Assembly (NCBI RefSeq): GCF_026571515.1
Contig: NW_026863230.1
Span: 62,001 to 126,000 of the forward strand
Length of the DNA: 64,000 nt
Origin: Ruditapes philippinarum
Taxonomy: Eukaryota
Direction of reading: 5' to 3'
The position numbers and the translations under genes were made by a program. Below the pieces are notes generated by a model. The model worked only from the letters and a program-made list of their open reading frames with translations. It did no database searches and was not told the DNA's origin. Below are positions 51,410 through 64,000 of this stretch, piece after piece; positions within the stretch are counted from its first letter, which is position 1, and each line of letters begins with the position of its first letter.

Positions 51410-52967
51410 TAAATTATTTTTGTTGCATGCAGCTGCGAGAAAATGACGCCATAAACAGAACACGTTGTAACAAGTACAAGTTACAAATCCAGCCATTGCA
51501 AATTGAAGATTTGTTGGGTATGGGCAGCTTCAGCTAGGCCTAAATTGGGTGTTTGGTGTTTTACCGTGGACTTCAAAAGACTAGTAAGTGCAGACTGACA
51601 GCATGTTGTTGATGGTCATTTTGTCCAAGAGAATCCATGCTTGACAGAAATATTGTTACAGAATGGTGAGTTGTCGAGGGATAAGTCGTACAGTATACAT
51701 ATGTCTCGCATTCCAAATCATACAAAATTCTTATGAAAAGATATATCGATTACCCATATGGTTTGCGTAAAAGGATGTGTCGTTTGGGCAGTGTGTGGAT
51801 TTTTGTTCTCTGCAAAAGTTTGACATTTTTGCATCTGCACGTACCTGATTGAAAATAAATCATAAAATGAAAGATATTTTACATAAGTAAGATATTGAAC
51901 TACGTGCTACTGTATAGAACATTTGATCCCTATAAAATAACATTTTGCATGATATCGTGATATTGAATAAAAATATTTAATTTCATTTTACTTGTATCTT
52001 ATTATTTCACAAATAGTATTATTAAAAAGAATTTTTTTATAATTGTTCAGCACTTTTCCCATGAGTTTGTCAATCAAACCAGTTAAAGTCCGTGATTAAA
52101 TTTATTGTTAATTTGACATGGCTAGTATATAGAATGGAACAGCCAATCAATTGTCTACATAATCCTGACCATTACAACTTTTTTATCATGGTTTTTGTCA
52201 TTATGGAAAATCATTTTATCTGACAAAAAGGAACCCATCAACATTTCCTTTGGCTTGAAAAGAAAATGGACATCCCTTAATGTAAATTCATTGTTATTAT
52301 AAGGATCAACAAACTAATCTCCTACCAAGTGATATTCTCTTATCAGTACAGAGACTGAACATGAATTAACAAATTGAGAGATACTGAGCAAAAAATTAGT
52401 TTTATACAAGCACATGGACAAATCACGATGTCAATATGTTATTCAAAATACGAAATCATACAAACTAGCAAGGTGATTAAAGAAGATAATTAAGTAAAGG
52501 ACCTTCAAAAAGATAAGGGTGCAGGGGGCAGAGCGACGTAAATGTGGGAGGGGTAAATGTTTTAAGAAAACTAGTGAAAAATTGATAAAAACTTAGGCAA
52601 CAAGGATTAAAAGGAACACAAAAATATCACCACAATTGTATGTAATATTTCACAAGACATACATAGGTGCGCCGCATTGGAACGGCAGTATAGGTACTGC
52701 TGGGGAGTTATGTGTGCACCAAACCTCACTTTTAGCCCCAACATACCAAACCAAATGTTCTTTTTAAACGAAGAATCCCAGCCAAGCGAATTCCTAACGG
52801 TTGTTATGGTTACATGTGGTAAAAATATTAAAATACAGAAATGATTATGTAGATGCATATAAAAAGTAAACTCAATGACAATAACAAAAGTACTCAATGT
52901 CTGAAAGGACATATTATTGCAAAGGTCTATTGGCCTACCAATAAATCTTTTCCATTCTGATAGTCAT
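51410..52967 (-). pseudogene. Deleted paralog of the kringle gene, lacking both kringle exons
   Basis: ATG ACT ATC AGA ATG GAA AAG ATT TAT (signal exon start) is fused at 52941/52940 directly to the homolog of about 30356. The last exon carries indels and stops. Confidence 0.8.
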
Positions 52968-53877
52968 CCCTACTGGTTTTGGATAAAGAAGAGCAAATGT
53001 TATTTTGCCACAAAAACTCTCTAATTTATTCACAATGGAAGTATTGTTCCTGTATTGACCATTCTAAATGTTTATTCTATAATTAGCTTTATTATCAGGT
53101 GCTTTTCATTGTTTTTTTTCCTCGAGACTAAATATGGTTAGCTTTACATATATACATTCATATTATTTTCTCCTTTTACTCCACGCGTTTTATGATATGC
53201 ATTTTGATAAGATGCGCAGCTGGTCTGATAACTTAACGAGAAAAACAAAAACTAATCAATTGCCATAATATTATGAGAATTGTTGTTGCAAGATGACAAT
53301 GATATGATTTTATTGTCATGTAATCAAAAACAAACTAAAAGTGAAATAGAAAACCTTTTTTTATATTTTTTTTCTGGTCCTTAGGGGTCATTGAGTTCAG
53401 CATTTTTACGTGTTGAGAATTGAGTACTGCTAAGGCCGGTGCTAGGGGCGTGAAGGATGTTGCACATTTTCAATACCCCTCATGTATAGTCTCAATCAAA
53501 CCGAGTCTGCAATTTTCATTTAATTTTGCTGTTTTAATGCTTCCGAGGGATCAATTTTACCAGATATTTGTATGATCATATATTTCTGTCGCAAGCAAAA
53601 CTTTAAATTTTCACAATGATCGTCTCACTTGTTACGTTTTAACTAGTTAACTGTTTTAATAATAGATATTTATATGATTAACTAGATATTGTATTTGGTA
53701 AACAATAAAATGACAAACTTATATCTAACTTCCAACAACACTCAAACACGCCTATAACCGCTAACATTTACCAGTTATATTAAAGACATATTAAGTCTCA
53801 GAAATCCATAATTACTAAATTCCTTAGAAATGTCAAACGGGTGTTTAATAATGTTTTTAAACTTGATTTAAAGCATG

Positions 53878-54290
53878 TACCAAGATATAAGACAAATGCA
53901 TATTAAAAAATATTTTTAGAAGAGACCTAATGTAATTAAATTTAGAGAACTATTTGAATCTGAAAATATTTGGATTGTTAAAAATTTAGCAATGTTTGTT
54001 TACAAAAGTCTTGATAAAAGAGACAGTGAACTGTATCAACGATATCCTTGTCCTCTCACTATTTCATATATATGAGGCTTATATCAAGTCATTGATGTTA
54101 TCATATACATTTTATATGTATCACAAATATAATAGACTAGATATGTTGTAATGAATATGTATTGACTTTTTAATAGAACTATTTTATGTATACCATGCTA
54201 AATCATGCCATTGATGTTAATATCCAACTGCTGATTGTATTATTACTATGTACTGATGGTCATATTGCCTTTGTATGAATAAAGTTTATC
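53878..54290 (+). mobile_element. 3' end of an L2/CR1-like LINE, present only in the duplicate copy
   Basis: DIRQMHIKKYF*KRPNVIKFRELFESENIWIVKNLAMFVYKSLDKR, then a UTR ending aataaagtttatct. Absent at the homologous site near 34255. Confidence 0.65.
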
Positions 54291-56029
54291 TAGATGTTTA
54301 ACAGCTGAGGAAAGTAGCACTAAATGTGCAATAATATGTATCAAAAATAAAAAAGTATACTTCCAGACTTCCATACAAAATACTTATTCACTATAATTAT
54401 ATAAATCGTCAACAAAGCAAAAGATGCAAAAAATGTTCATCTATATGAAAAACGGGTAATTTTATGAAACTGTAAAAAAGGTTTTGAAATATGTATATAT
54501 AATAATTTTAAGTGTTTATTATCTAAGGAAAACTGCGTTGAATACGACTTATGCATCATAAAAGAAGCAAAATCTTAATTACTTCCATTAAGCGTTAAAT
54601 TACTATAAAATTAATGTATTTATTGGATAAAACCAGAAGGAATAACAGATAGTTCATGTAAGTTGCCAATGAGTAACTTCTGGGAACTAAAGATGGACAC
54701 CAAAAATTAAAAAAACAACAATTGAGAAATTTAAATAAAATCATTTCCTGATGATTAATGGGCCTTTAAGTACATGTAAAGAAGTATGAAATCCCCAAAT
54801 TCTCTTTGATACATTAAAAGATACAAATGGTAATTTACCAAATACCCAGTAAAAATGTTAAAAATGTGTTGTTAGAATTAGATTTTTATATAATTATATG
54901 GAATAAAATTCTGGAAACAAAGTGATCCCTCGGAAGCATTAATCACAACAAAATAACATAAGAATTGCAGACTCGGTTTGATTGAGTCTGTACATGAGGG
55001 ATAATGAACAAGTGCAATATCCCTCACGCCCTCTAGCACCGGCTTGAGCGGTACTCAATTCTCAACAATTTATAGTGTTGGCATCAATGATCCTAAAGGA
55101 CCAGAAAATATAACAACACTGAAGTGAAGTACGGGGCAACTTTTTACGGCTGCCACACGGCACTTGAAGACAATATTACAACTGTTCATCTAAATACTAT
55201 TGAACAACATATAAACGGAAGGCAACTGCAATAGAGAAATACTGAACTCAGTACTTTTTGTAACTTAGAGAGATGTAATTTATGTATCAAGAAAGTTTAT
55301 ATGCTCATATTTTCATTGTCGAGGTTAGCTGAATTGACTTCATATTTCAAAAGATTGACTGTCAAAATGGTGTTTGACCAACAGTTGATATATATTAGAA
55401 AATGTAAAGAATAAAATTATAAATCTGCCTTAAATATAAAAAGACTGCCCCTTCTTTTTATATTATTTATATCATTTGTATAAGTACATGTATTTCCGTG
55501 TTAAAATTACTTGTGTAACACATGTTTATCTAGATATTATTGTTCATGGCATTATGGAATAAATACATATCATTAATGATTTGTAAAAATTTTGGTAGCT
55601 TTCTACAAATACATTTCTATATTCAGCGATTCAACTACTTAATTCATTTGTTCAAATGTGCATAATTGTAATGTATCATACCTTTTTGCAGTTTGTATTG
55701 TACCGCTAAAATATTACTTGACGATGGATATGTTTTAGCCAATAAACGTCAGTTTCTGTCATACTTCAAAAGGATTTTTTAATATCTATTGATTATAATG
55801 TATAAACTACCATATCAGTTAAATCATATAAGTAAGCCATTCTTGATCATATTTTCAGTCAAGAGTTCTCTGCTGTTATCATACTTTCAGTCATGTTTTC
55901 TTAGATTTTATCATTATTTTCAGTTGCAAATATGTCTTCATTGTTTTATTATTTCAGTCATGTGTTTATTGTTTTATTATACATCTTTTGAATTTCAATC
56001 AGGTTTTATTTTATTTTATTTATAAGTCA

Positions 56030-56630
56030 GGTGTCGCTATTGGTCTGTTCTTTATGAATAGTCACTATCATCTGATACATAAAGATACCCAGTTGTACTT
56101 ACAGAAATGGGAAGATAACCATTTAAGTACAAAAATGGTTTGTTATGACTAGCTTAACTGATTCGTAACAAATGATGTTAAACTAAGGCATGTACTGTAT
56201 TCTGAAAAGCCTCTGTTTCTGTTTATGTTTTATAATTGAAGAGTTTTCAAATTTAGTTTATTTATAATAATCGTATAGTGTTGAGAATGCAATTCGGATA
56301 GGGTAATAGCACTTGAAAGATTGATAAAAAGTATAGTTTCGGATTGACGTGAATATATAATATATAATATTTTGGTTCCAGAATGTGTTTCCAATAATCT
56401 TCCCTGATGTGATGAATAAACAGTAAAATAATAACTGTTTTATACTTTCTTAAAGATATATATTAAGTTTGCATCATTAGTTAATGATAATGCAACAATA
56501 AATAAGTTGTGCTTCCATTGTACCTGTATTTTATGTGTTTTTGCCTGACGATCCTCCTTATGTATGAATGACAGTAAAAATGTGGTTCAACAATGAGATG
56601 CCAATGTTAATCAATCACTCATTCATTTAG
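56030..56630 (+). pseudogene. Second lipoxygenase pseudogene fragment (two exons)
   Basis: About 56030-56122 VAIGLFFMNSHYHLIHKDTQLYLQKWEDNH; about 56545-56630 VFLPDDPPYV*MTVKMWFNN/DANVNQSLIHL|gtaagt, matching the LOX W..AK.W.NNAD...HQ...HL motif. Confidence 0.8.
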
Positions 56631-57500
56631 GTAAGTCATCATTTCTAGTTGGTAAGATCTGCTGTTGTAAAACCTGGACATGTTGAAGTTTCTTTATAGA
56701 TTTATTAATCTTCCATATTTGGGCTTTAAAGATCAAACTTTGAATAAAATGTTAGTCATTTAGCAGCATGACTGTTCAATGATGATCTATTTCTATTTTT
56801 ATTATTATTATGTATCGAACAACTAAAAGGAATATGGAAGATATACATGTGCCCTTGTCCATCCATCACACTGTCCATCCATAGATTGACAAAAAAGTTT
56901 AATTTGCGGGAATTTTTGTAATATGGACACTTTTCAAGTTTCATTGTATTATTTCAGAGGGTTTTTTTGCTATAAATAGACCAATGAGATGCTGGTTATC
57001 TTTAATGCTTTTGCATTCGTTCTTTAATTTAAACTCATGGAATCATGCGTTCCATTTTTGTATTGTTTAAAACCATAAATTTGCGAGCTATTTCCCATCA
57101 AGACCTCTTCGTGGTTTTTGTGATTCAAATCTCTGGTAGATTATGTTTAGTTAAACAAAACATTGGTCTCGAATTTTTAAACACTACTAGATCTATAATG
57201 ATATTATAAAGTTCCTTACAACTATAATAAAATTTCCAACAATGAGGTTATATTCTAAAATGCATAGCAATATGAGCGTAGATATTGATGCAGTATATAC
57301 TTAACCCGTTATTTATAATAAGAGTATTTACTAAGTTACATACAATGTTTATCTACAAATTTGTATACAATATACAGAACTTTACAGGAGCAAAATACAA
57401 GAGTGTATTTTCTTCTTTTTTCACACGCATAAATACCTTATACATGTATAAATGTAATTTAAAAATGCAACCCGTTTTTGTACATACAAAAATATATGTA

Positions 57501-58820
57501 TATTTATGTATTGTCCAGGCCAAGCAAATATAACTGGCAAGACGAACTTGTTTGGTGTGAGATAAAACACAACACTTAGGTTGAATGAAAAAGGGCATTT
57601 ATTAAATGCCATAAATGACAAATGTTACAAAATAACAAACATTGCATGTACATATTTGTATCGAAATAACCAAAATGGGAGGTAAAAACCGCCAACAAAC
57701 ATTGCATGTACATATTTGTATTGAAATAACCAAACCGGGAGGCATTTATTAAATGCCATAAATGACAAATGTTACATAATAACAAACATTGCATGTACAT
57801 ATTTGTATCGAAATAACCAAACTGGGAGGTAAAAACCGCCAGATTATGATATACATTGTAATGTAATGATTAACCACAAGATCAAAATAAACTATGAAAT
57901 AGATAACAATCTTTGCAAAAGTTGTAATAGATGACAAAGTTGAACTAAAAACCATCTACACAAATATAATAATATGGATTGTTGATCAAAAACCATTAAA
58001 TAAAAAAAATATTTTTCCAAAACGTGGTCGACTCGCCCAGGAAAAACCATAGTTTGGAAACCTGTGCCCTTTTATCTTGTGTCTAGTACCACTTGATGTA
58101 TGGCTACATCCTTGAAAAATATTTTAAACATTCTATACATGAATAAGTGTATTTCATATGACTAGATCATAAGTATTTATGACAACAAATAAAAAATTTT
58201 GAAAGAAATAATATAACATTGACTAGTTTTATAAATCTTTGCATGAACAATATACATACATATATAGTGTACATCATGAATAGTTGCACAAGTATTTTGA
58301 GATAAACAATAAGTGAAACTACTGATTCATGAACAATAAATGAAATGGTATTTATAGCAACATCAAAAATTGAAAGAGGAGGATGGAGTTGGAGGAGGTG
58401 GATTTTAGTAATAAACAAAGGCGAGAATCATTCCTCGCCAAAATTATTTCTTTGTGATAGATCTAATGTAATCATTGGTTAATTAGCATCACGTGATTTA
58501 GGTCTTTGTATTGATTGGCTAAGATGTACTTGGCTAAAACCCGACCCGTAACGGGTAATATTCAGTACAGTAATGAGAATAGGGACGGACCAATGACATA
58601 AATTATTTTATGTGGGCATAAAATCTTATTTATGTATTGTCCAGGTCAAGCAAATATAACTGGCAAGACGAACTTGTTTGGTATGAGATAAAACACAACA
58701 CTTAGGTTGAATGAAATAGGGCATTTATTAAATGCCATAAATGACAAATGTTACATAATAACAAACATTGCATGTACATATTTGTATCGAAATAACCAAA
58801 CTGGGAGGTAAAAACCGCCA
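57501..58820. repeat. 194-bp direct repeat pair (57501-57693, with partial re-duplications to 57841; and 58627-58820) flanking about 785 bp
   Basis: tatttatgtattgtccagg(c/t)caagcaaatataactggcaagacgaacttg...gggaggtaaaaaccgcca is near-identical in both copies. Confidence 0.9.
58465..58600 (-). promoter_or_regulatory. Putative promoter cluster: CCAAT boxes and a CACGTG E-box
   Basis: ATTGG at about 58474 and 58514, CCAAT at about 58590 and tcacgtga at about 58489, all within about 130 bp of otherwise AT-rich DNA. Confidence 0.35.
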
Positions 58821-60309
58821 CAAAGGGAACCTTCCGCCACCCAGAGAGACTTGACTAGGTATGAGCTTGACCTGTGATAAGGATTGAAACAGATGGACTA
58901 AATTTTTTGAAGTAACCATTAATTTAATCAAGTTATGTTAGGACAAAAATGTTGAGACAAATCATATATCTAATGACAATATTATAATATGTCTAGAATT
59001 AATGTCTAACATTTAAATGGATCCTGACTGGTTCTATCAATATATGTGGACTGCAGCCTAAAACTGTCAGGCACACTACAGGATATGCTATTGTAAATCA
59101 GCAACCGAGTTATTAGATCAAATAATTAGCTGTGAAAATTTTATTACAATTACATGTTAAATGTATTATTGAGACATCTGACAGTATGTTTTATCAGGGC
59201 TTTTTCAACGTCCAAACTGATAATAACAAAAAGAGGAAGCATGACTAAATTTAAAGAAGTATATAATTTTGTTTAAACAGAGAACAAAATATACTAGTCA
59301 TTAATGACAATAAAACTAGAAAAATTCTTTTTAAATTTGAAATTAGGAATGGACTATTACTGTATCAGTATCCAGATATCCTACAATGATGAAAAGCCAA
59401 AATTGCACGGCCATGGCTTCCAAGTTGCAGTCATTAAATTAAGCACAGGCCCCTAGCTTGTGAAACTTAGTTCATGAAGTGAAAAATATGCGAAAAATTT
59501 AGTTAAATATATAGTAGAATGAATTCAAAACTGGAATTCGGGCTAGTACATTGTAAATCAAAATTAATGCATAGACTGAAGTTGGAGTGCATGGCAGCGG
59601 TGACATTTAAACAGACACATCTCCTATGTAAGGTATGTGACACATTGAATTTCAGTTAGTGTTTTCAATTTGCGTTAGTCCTATCGGATATGCCAATTCT
59701 CTCAAATCATCTATTCCTTTAAATCATTAATTAAACCTTTAAAATGCATTAGACCGAAATAGATGTAGATGTCAATATGTTAGCTATCTTTTTCCAATTA
59801 TCAGTTAAGAACTAATGTAAAATTGGAATCAAAAATGTAAAATATTTAATTAAACCTTATAAATGCATTTGATCTAAATACATGTGACATCTAAATACAT
59901 GTGACATGTCTAACTATGTTAATTTGTTCGTTATGTTTGTTGCATGAAAAATATAAATTAAAGGATAAATTAAGGATAATTAGAAAAAAGGGGTGTATAC
60001 ATTTTAGTTTTTATATATAATTAGGACTACTTAGTTTTGTGAAGAGCAATGGTGATACCATATATGGTAAAAAATGTAGAAAACTGTGGTATAAAAATTA
60101 TGTACAAAATAATGACTAGACTCTTCCAAAAAACTACAACATAACAAAACCGTTGAACAAGATGTGAATGTAAAAATTTCTACAATAATACATAAAAACC
60201 TTCAGTACAAATGTACTTATAACATTAACATCAATCCTCAACTAGTGATATTAACATTCATGCAGTAGCATGAACTCAATCTGAAATTATCAGTAATGAT
60301 TATTAATGA

Positions 60310-61160
60310 AACCTGCAGCCTTGTACTGTCAGATTTATATAACCTAAATGAAGCCAAATTGTGCATATCTGCCACAAGGTTTACATTAATACTGTCATAC
60401 ACGATATTATGGCACTAAATAAATAAACTGCGGCCTTGCACTTTCAACAAGCAGAAAAACTGCAGCCTTGAACTGTCAGTAATTTGAAAGATTGTAATGA
60501 CATTCAGTTTGCTGTAATTCACTGTCTTCTTCTATATTATCTAAACATCTGCTGCCCGATACCAAGAATCATAAATTACGAAAATAAAAGTGGAAAACTG
60601 TAACCTACAGTATGTCCATTGTACTGCAGCCTTGAACTGTCAGTAATTTGAAAGATTGTAATTGCACTCAGTTTGCTGTAATTTACTGAGTGCTGTAATT
60701 TACTGTCATTTTCTATATCTAAAGATCTGCTGCCTTATACCGACAGATCTTAAATTACGAAAAATTAAAGTGGAAAACTGTAACCTACAGTATGTCCATT
60801 GTCCTGCAGCCTTGAACTGTCAGTAATTTGAAAGATTGTAATGGCACTCAGTTTGCTGTAATTTACTGAGTGCTGTAATTTACTGTCATTTTCTATATCT
60901 AAAGATCTGCTGCCTTATACCGACAGATCTTAAATTACGAAAAATTAAAGTGGAAAACTGTAACCTACAGTATGTCCATTGTCCTGCAGCCTTGAACTGT
61001 CAGTAATTTGAAAGATTGTAATGGCACTCAGTTTGCTGTAATTTACTGAGTGCTGTAATTTACTGTCGTTTTCTATATCTAAAGATCTGCTGCCTTATAC
61101 CGACAGATCTTAAATTACGAAAAATTAAAGTCGAAAACTGTAACCTACAGTATGTCCATC
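60310..61160. repeat. Tandem array, 180-bp unit
   Basis: ctgcagccttgaactgtcagtaatttgaaagattgta at about 60460, 60625, 60805 and 60985; the last three units are nearly identical. Confidence 0.95.
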
Positions 61161-61267
61161 AGATTAGTTAAAACTTCTGGTATGATGTGCCATTTAATGT
61201 ATGTACAATGTACAATTAAATCCAATTTCATATTGAAATTAAAGCATTAGCCGTGCAGAATGGATAA

Positions 61268-61792
61268 AATAAACTAAGCCAAGCTGACAGACAAGTACAT
61301 AATTGGAGACTTGTAAACAAATTGCAAAGCATTTCAACTAAGCGATGCACACTATTTAATAATTTATGAATAAAGGCAAAGCGCGTCAACTAAGCAATGC
61401 CTAATACAGCAATGGTATGTTGAAATAATAGCAAGGCGCGTAAACTAAGTTAAGCTGACAAGTACAGACAAACAAATGGCAAAGCGGTTAACTAAGCAAT
61501 GTTTAATAAAGCAAAGGTATGCTGAAATAATAGCAAGGCGTGTAAACTAAGCCAAGCTGACCAGTACAGACAAATAAATGGCAAAGCGTGTCAACTAAGC
61601 AATGCCTAATATAGCAATGGTATGCTGAAATAATAGCAAGGCGTGTAAACTAAGCCAAGCTGACAAGTACAGACAAACAAATGGGAAAGCGTGTCAACTA
61701 AGCAATGCCTAGTACAGCAATGGTATGCTGAAAAAAAAAATAAAAATAATAGCAAGGCGTGTAAACTAAACCAAGCTGACAAGACAAGTACA
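61268..61792. repeat. Tandem array, about 103-bp unit
   Basis: taaactaagccaagctgac(a/c)agtacagacaaa...aactaagcaatgccta...aataatagcaaggcgtg repeated about 5 times. Confidence 0.9.
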
Positions 61793-62379
61793 GAATCTAC
61801 TTGAAGGGTGTACTGGGTAGGTTGTAGGTTTTGAGCAGAAGGTATGAGGGTTGCCATGACTACAATTTTTTTTTTTAAATATCCTTGCATAAGGAATATT
61901 TAACTTGGTTTATAAAAGGTGTAATTATTAGTTTAGCAATCTGAATACCATTACTTGTTATGTTATTTCAACTGTGTTGGGCAACAAATATGAATTTCCT
62001 TGAAGCTGTGTAAAACATGTATGCCGGCATCAGTTAATTCTTTATCTGACTCAACCTTGAAACCTATGAAACATGCAATGAAAGGCTGCTAATGTACTGA
62101 TGAAAGCATTGTCTTAGGTCTCAGGTCCGCTTGCACTATTAATTCAATGATAATGATAGCTCCCTCGACTAGTCTTGGTCTTTTGCAGGATTTACTGAAC
62201 ATTCTTGGTGTTTGACTTTTCCTTGTTGTCTGTTGTGGACCTGAACAACAGGTGTAAGGAGAATTTGTGGCTGTTTTATCTGAAAAATATGAATTATTTT
62301 GTCATTAAGGTAGACTAAATGTATGAAATGTAATTGAGTATTAAATTAATCCTGACTACATTGTGCATGATTCATAAGC

Positions 62380-63240
62380 ATAATCACGCAAACATGGACT
62401 ATAGACTAAACCATGTATAATAGGATATGTGTTAACTTTAAACTAACTCACACGGAATGTAAACTAAACCATGTGTGAAAAAATAAGCGTGAACTGTAAA
62501 CTAAATCACGCAGACATGGGCTATAAACTAAGCCATGTATAATAGAATAAGTGTGAACTATAAACTAAATCACACTCACATGGACTGTAAACTAAACCAT
62601 GTGTACTAAATAGGCGTGAACTGTAAACTAAATCACGCAGACATGGGCTATAAACTAAGCCATGTATAATAGGATAAGTGTGAACTGTAAACTAAATCAC
62701 ACTCACATGGACTGAAAACTAAACCATGTGTAGAAAATAGGTGTGAACTGTAAACTAAATCACGCAGACATGGTCTATAAACTTAAGCAATGTATAACTG
62801 GATATGCGAGAAATCTAAACTCAATCACACTCACAAGGAGTGTAAACTAAACCATGTGTAGAAAATATGCGTGTAAACTAAACCATGCGTATCGGTAAAC
62901 TAAATCACACAGACATGGTCTATAGCCGGAGCCATGTATCATGGGATGTGTGTGAATTGTAAACAAAATCACACTTACATGTACATGTATTATAAAACTA
63001 TGTGTGAACTGTAAACTATATCAAGCAGACATGGATTATAAACCAAGTCATTTATCATACGATGTGTGTAATTATAAAAACAAAATTACACTCACATGGA
63101 TTGTCAACTATATTGTGTTGAAAATGTGTATTAAATGTTAACTAAGTCACGCAGACATAAACTATATTTTAAGCCATGCATACTAGACTATGTATAAATG
63201 CAACTAACATGGACTGTAAACTAACCTTGTGTTGTAATTG
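62380..63240. repeat. Tandem array, about 120-125-bp higher-order unit built from about 30-bp aaactaa-initiated subunits
   Basis: aaactaaaccatgtgt / aaactaaatcacgcagacatgg / aaactaagccatgtata / aaactaaatcacactcacatgg cycle repeatedly and decay toward both edges. Confidence 0.9.
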
Positions 63241-64000
63241 TGTTTGAACTGTTGTAAAACCAGTCATAGAATTTAACACTGGTCCAAGGCCAGTGAAAAT
63301 AAATTCAGGTCAGTGTAAATTTTAAGAAAATTTGATTTAGTGTATAGTAGAATAAATTCAAAATTAGAATTGAACTCAAAACAGTAATTTTGAATCTTAA
63401 ATTCAATGACTGAAAAACTAAAACAGTGAAACATGAATGTATGGAAATTATAAACTAAATCACAATTCACACTAACTGTACTTTAGTTGGAGTCACATGT
63501 ACTATTATCTACTCTAATGAGAAGTTTGTGTGAACTGTAAATGAATTGGACATAAGTAATAACTAACATGATTAATATAGAACTTCAATTATGTATCCAG
63601 GGAAAAATATGCCTGATTAATACTGCATTCTTGTACATTATGAGAATAATTTATGACCAAAAACAAACCCAGCAATGCATAACCTTATATTTTATAAATA
63701 TAAAGAAATTTACCAACTGATAAATTCATTAAGAACCACGAGTCATAACAAAAGCTTATTATATTAATTTGTTAATGCAAAGCAACAAACCTAGACTTCA
63801 TCTGTTCATAGTTTGTATACCAGGGCAGGCATTATTAAACTACTGACTTTAGTACAATATAACTTTAGTCTTTACGACAAAGTAAACAAAATACTTATGT
63901 ATACTAGGGCGGGCATTAAATCGTTGACAACGGTCAACTAATATAACTACAAGACATAGTAAACAAAATACATATCTTATGCCTGACAAATGAAATGCTT

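Larger units (their letters stand above)
50070..56635. repeat. Direct segmental duplication of about 27.9-36.0 kb (kringle gene plus lipoxygenase fragment)
   Basis: Collinear diverged matches: 27895~50083, 28942-29400~51410-51840, 30060-30355~52460-52940, 33951-34100~52941-53090, 34120-34440~53670-54490, 35755~56083. Confidence 0.9.

Noticed and set aside
60310-63240. CRISPR-like array
   Set aside because: The units are fully repeated with no unique spacers, there are no cas genes, and the context is eukaryotic.

Overview
AT-rich, intron-containing animal DNA. It is most likely a bivalve mollusc, inferred from the repeat landscape and gene types. The window is largely a cluster of decaying immune/extracellular genes: the 3' part of a Draper/MEGF10-like EGF-repeat receptor with an ITAM-like tail (405-7862, +), a PAN/Apple + F-type lectin pseudogene (24367-22327, -), a secreted kringle-domain gene (33977-28942, -) and a lipoxygenase pseudogene that the ORF track misses (about 35757-47948, +). 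The kringle/lipoxygenase block is duplicated in direct orientation at about 50.1-56.6 kb. Two distinct full-length Crypton-type tyrosine-recombinase DNA transposons sit convergently in lipoxygenase introns (36534-40067 +; 43091-46476 -). Each has short subterminal inverted repeats, a shared 18-bp upstream motif and a 150-165-bp terminal hairpin. The hairpin mismatches are arranged so that only the antisense strand can form tandem sheared G.A pairs, which suggests a strand-specific folded-DNA recombination substrate (inference). Also present are non-autonomous hairpin elements, Helentron-type tandem-repeat elements, tRNA-derived SINEs, LINE and Penelope-like fragments, and a possible Ngaro-like split direct repeat followed by three satellite arrays at the right end. 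All exon calls were made by hand translation and splice-phase checks; no database search was run.
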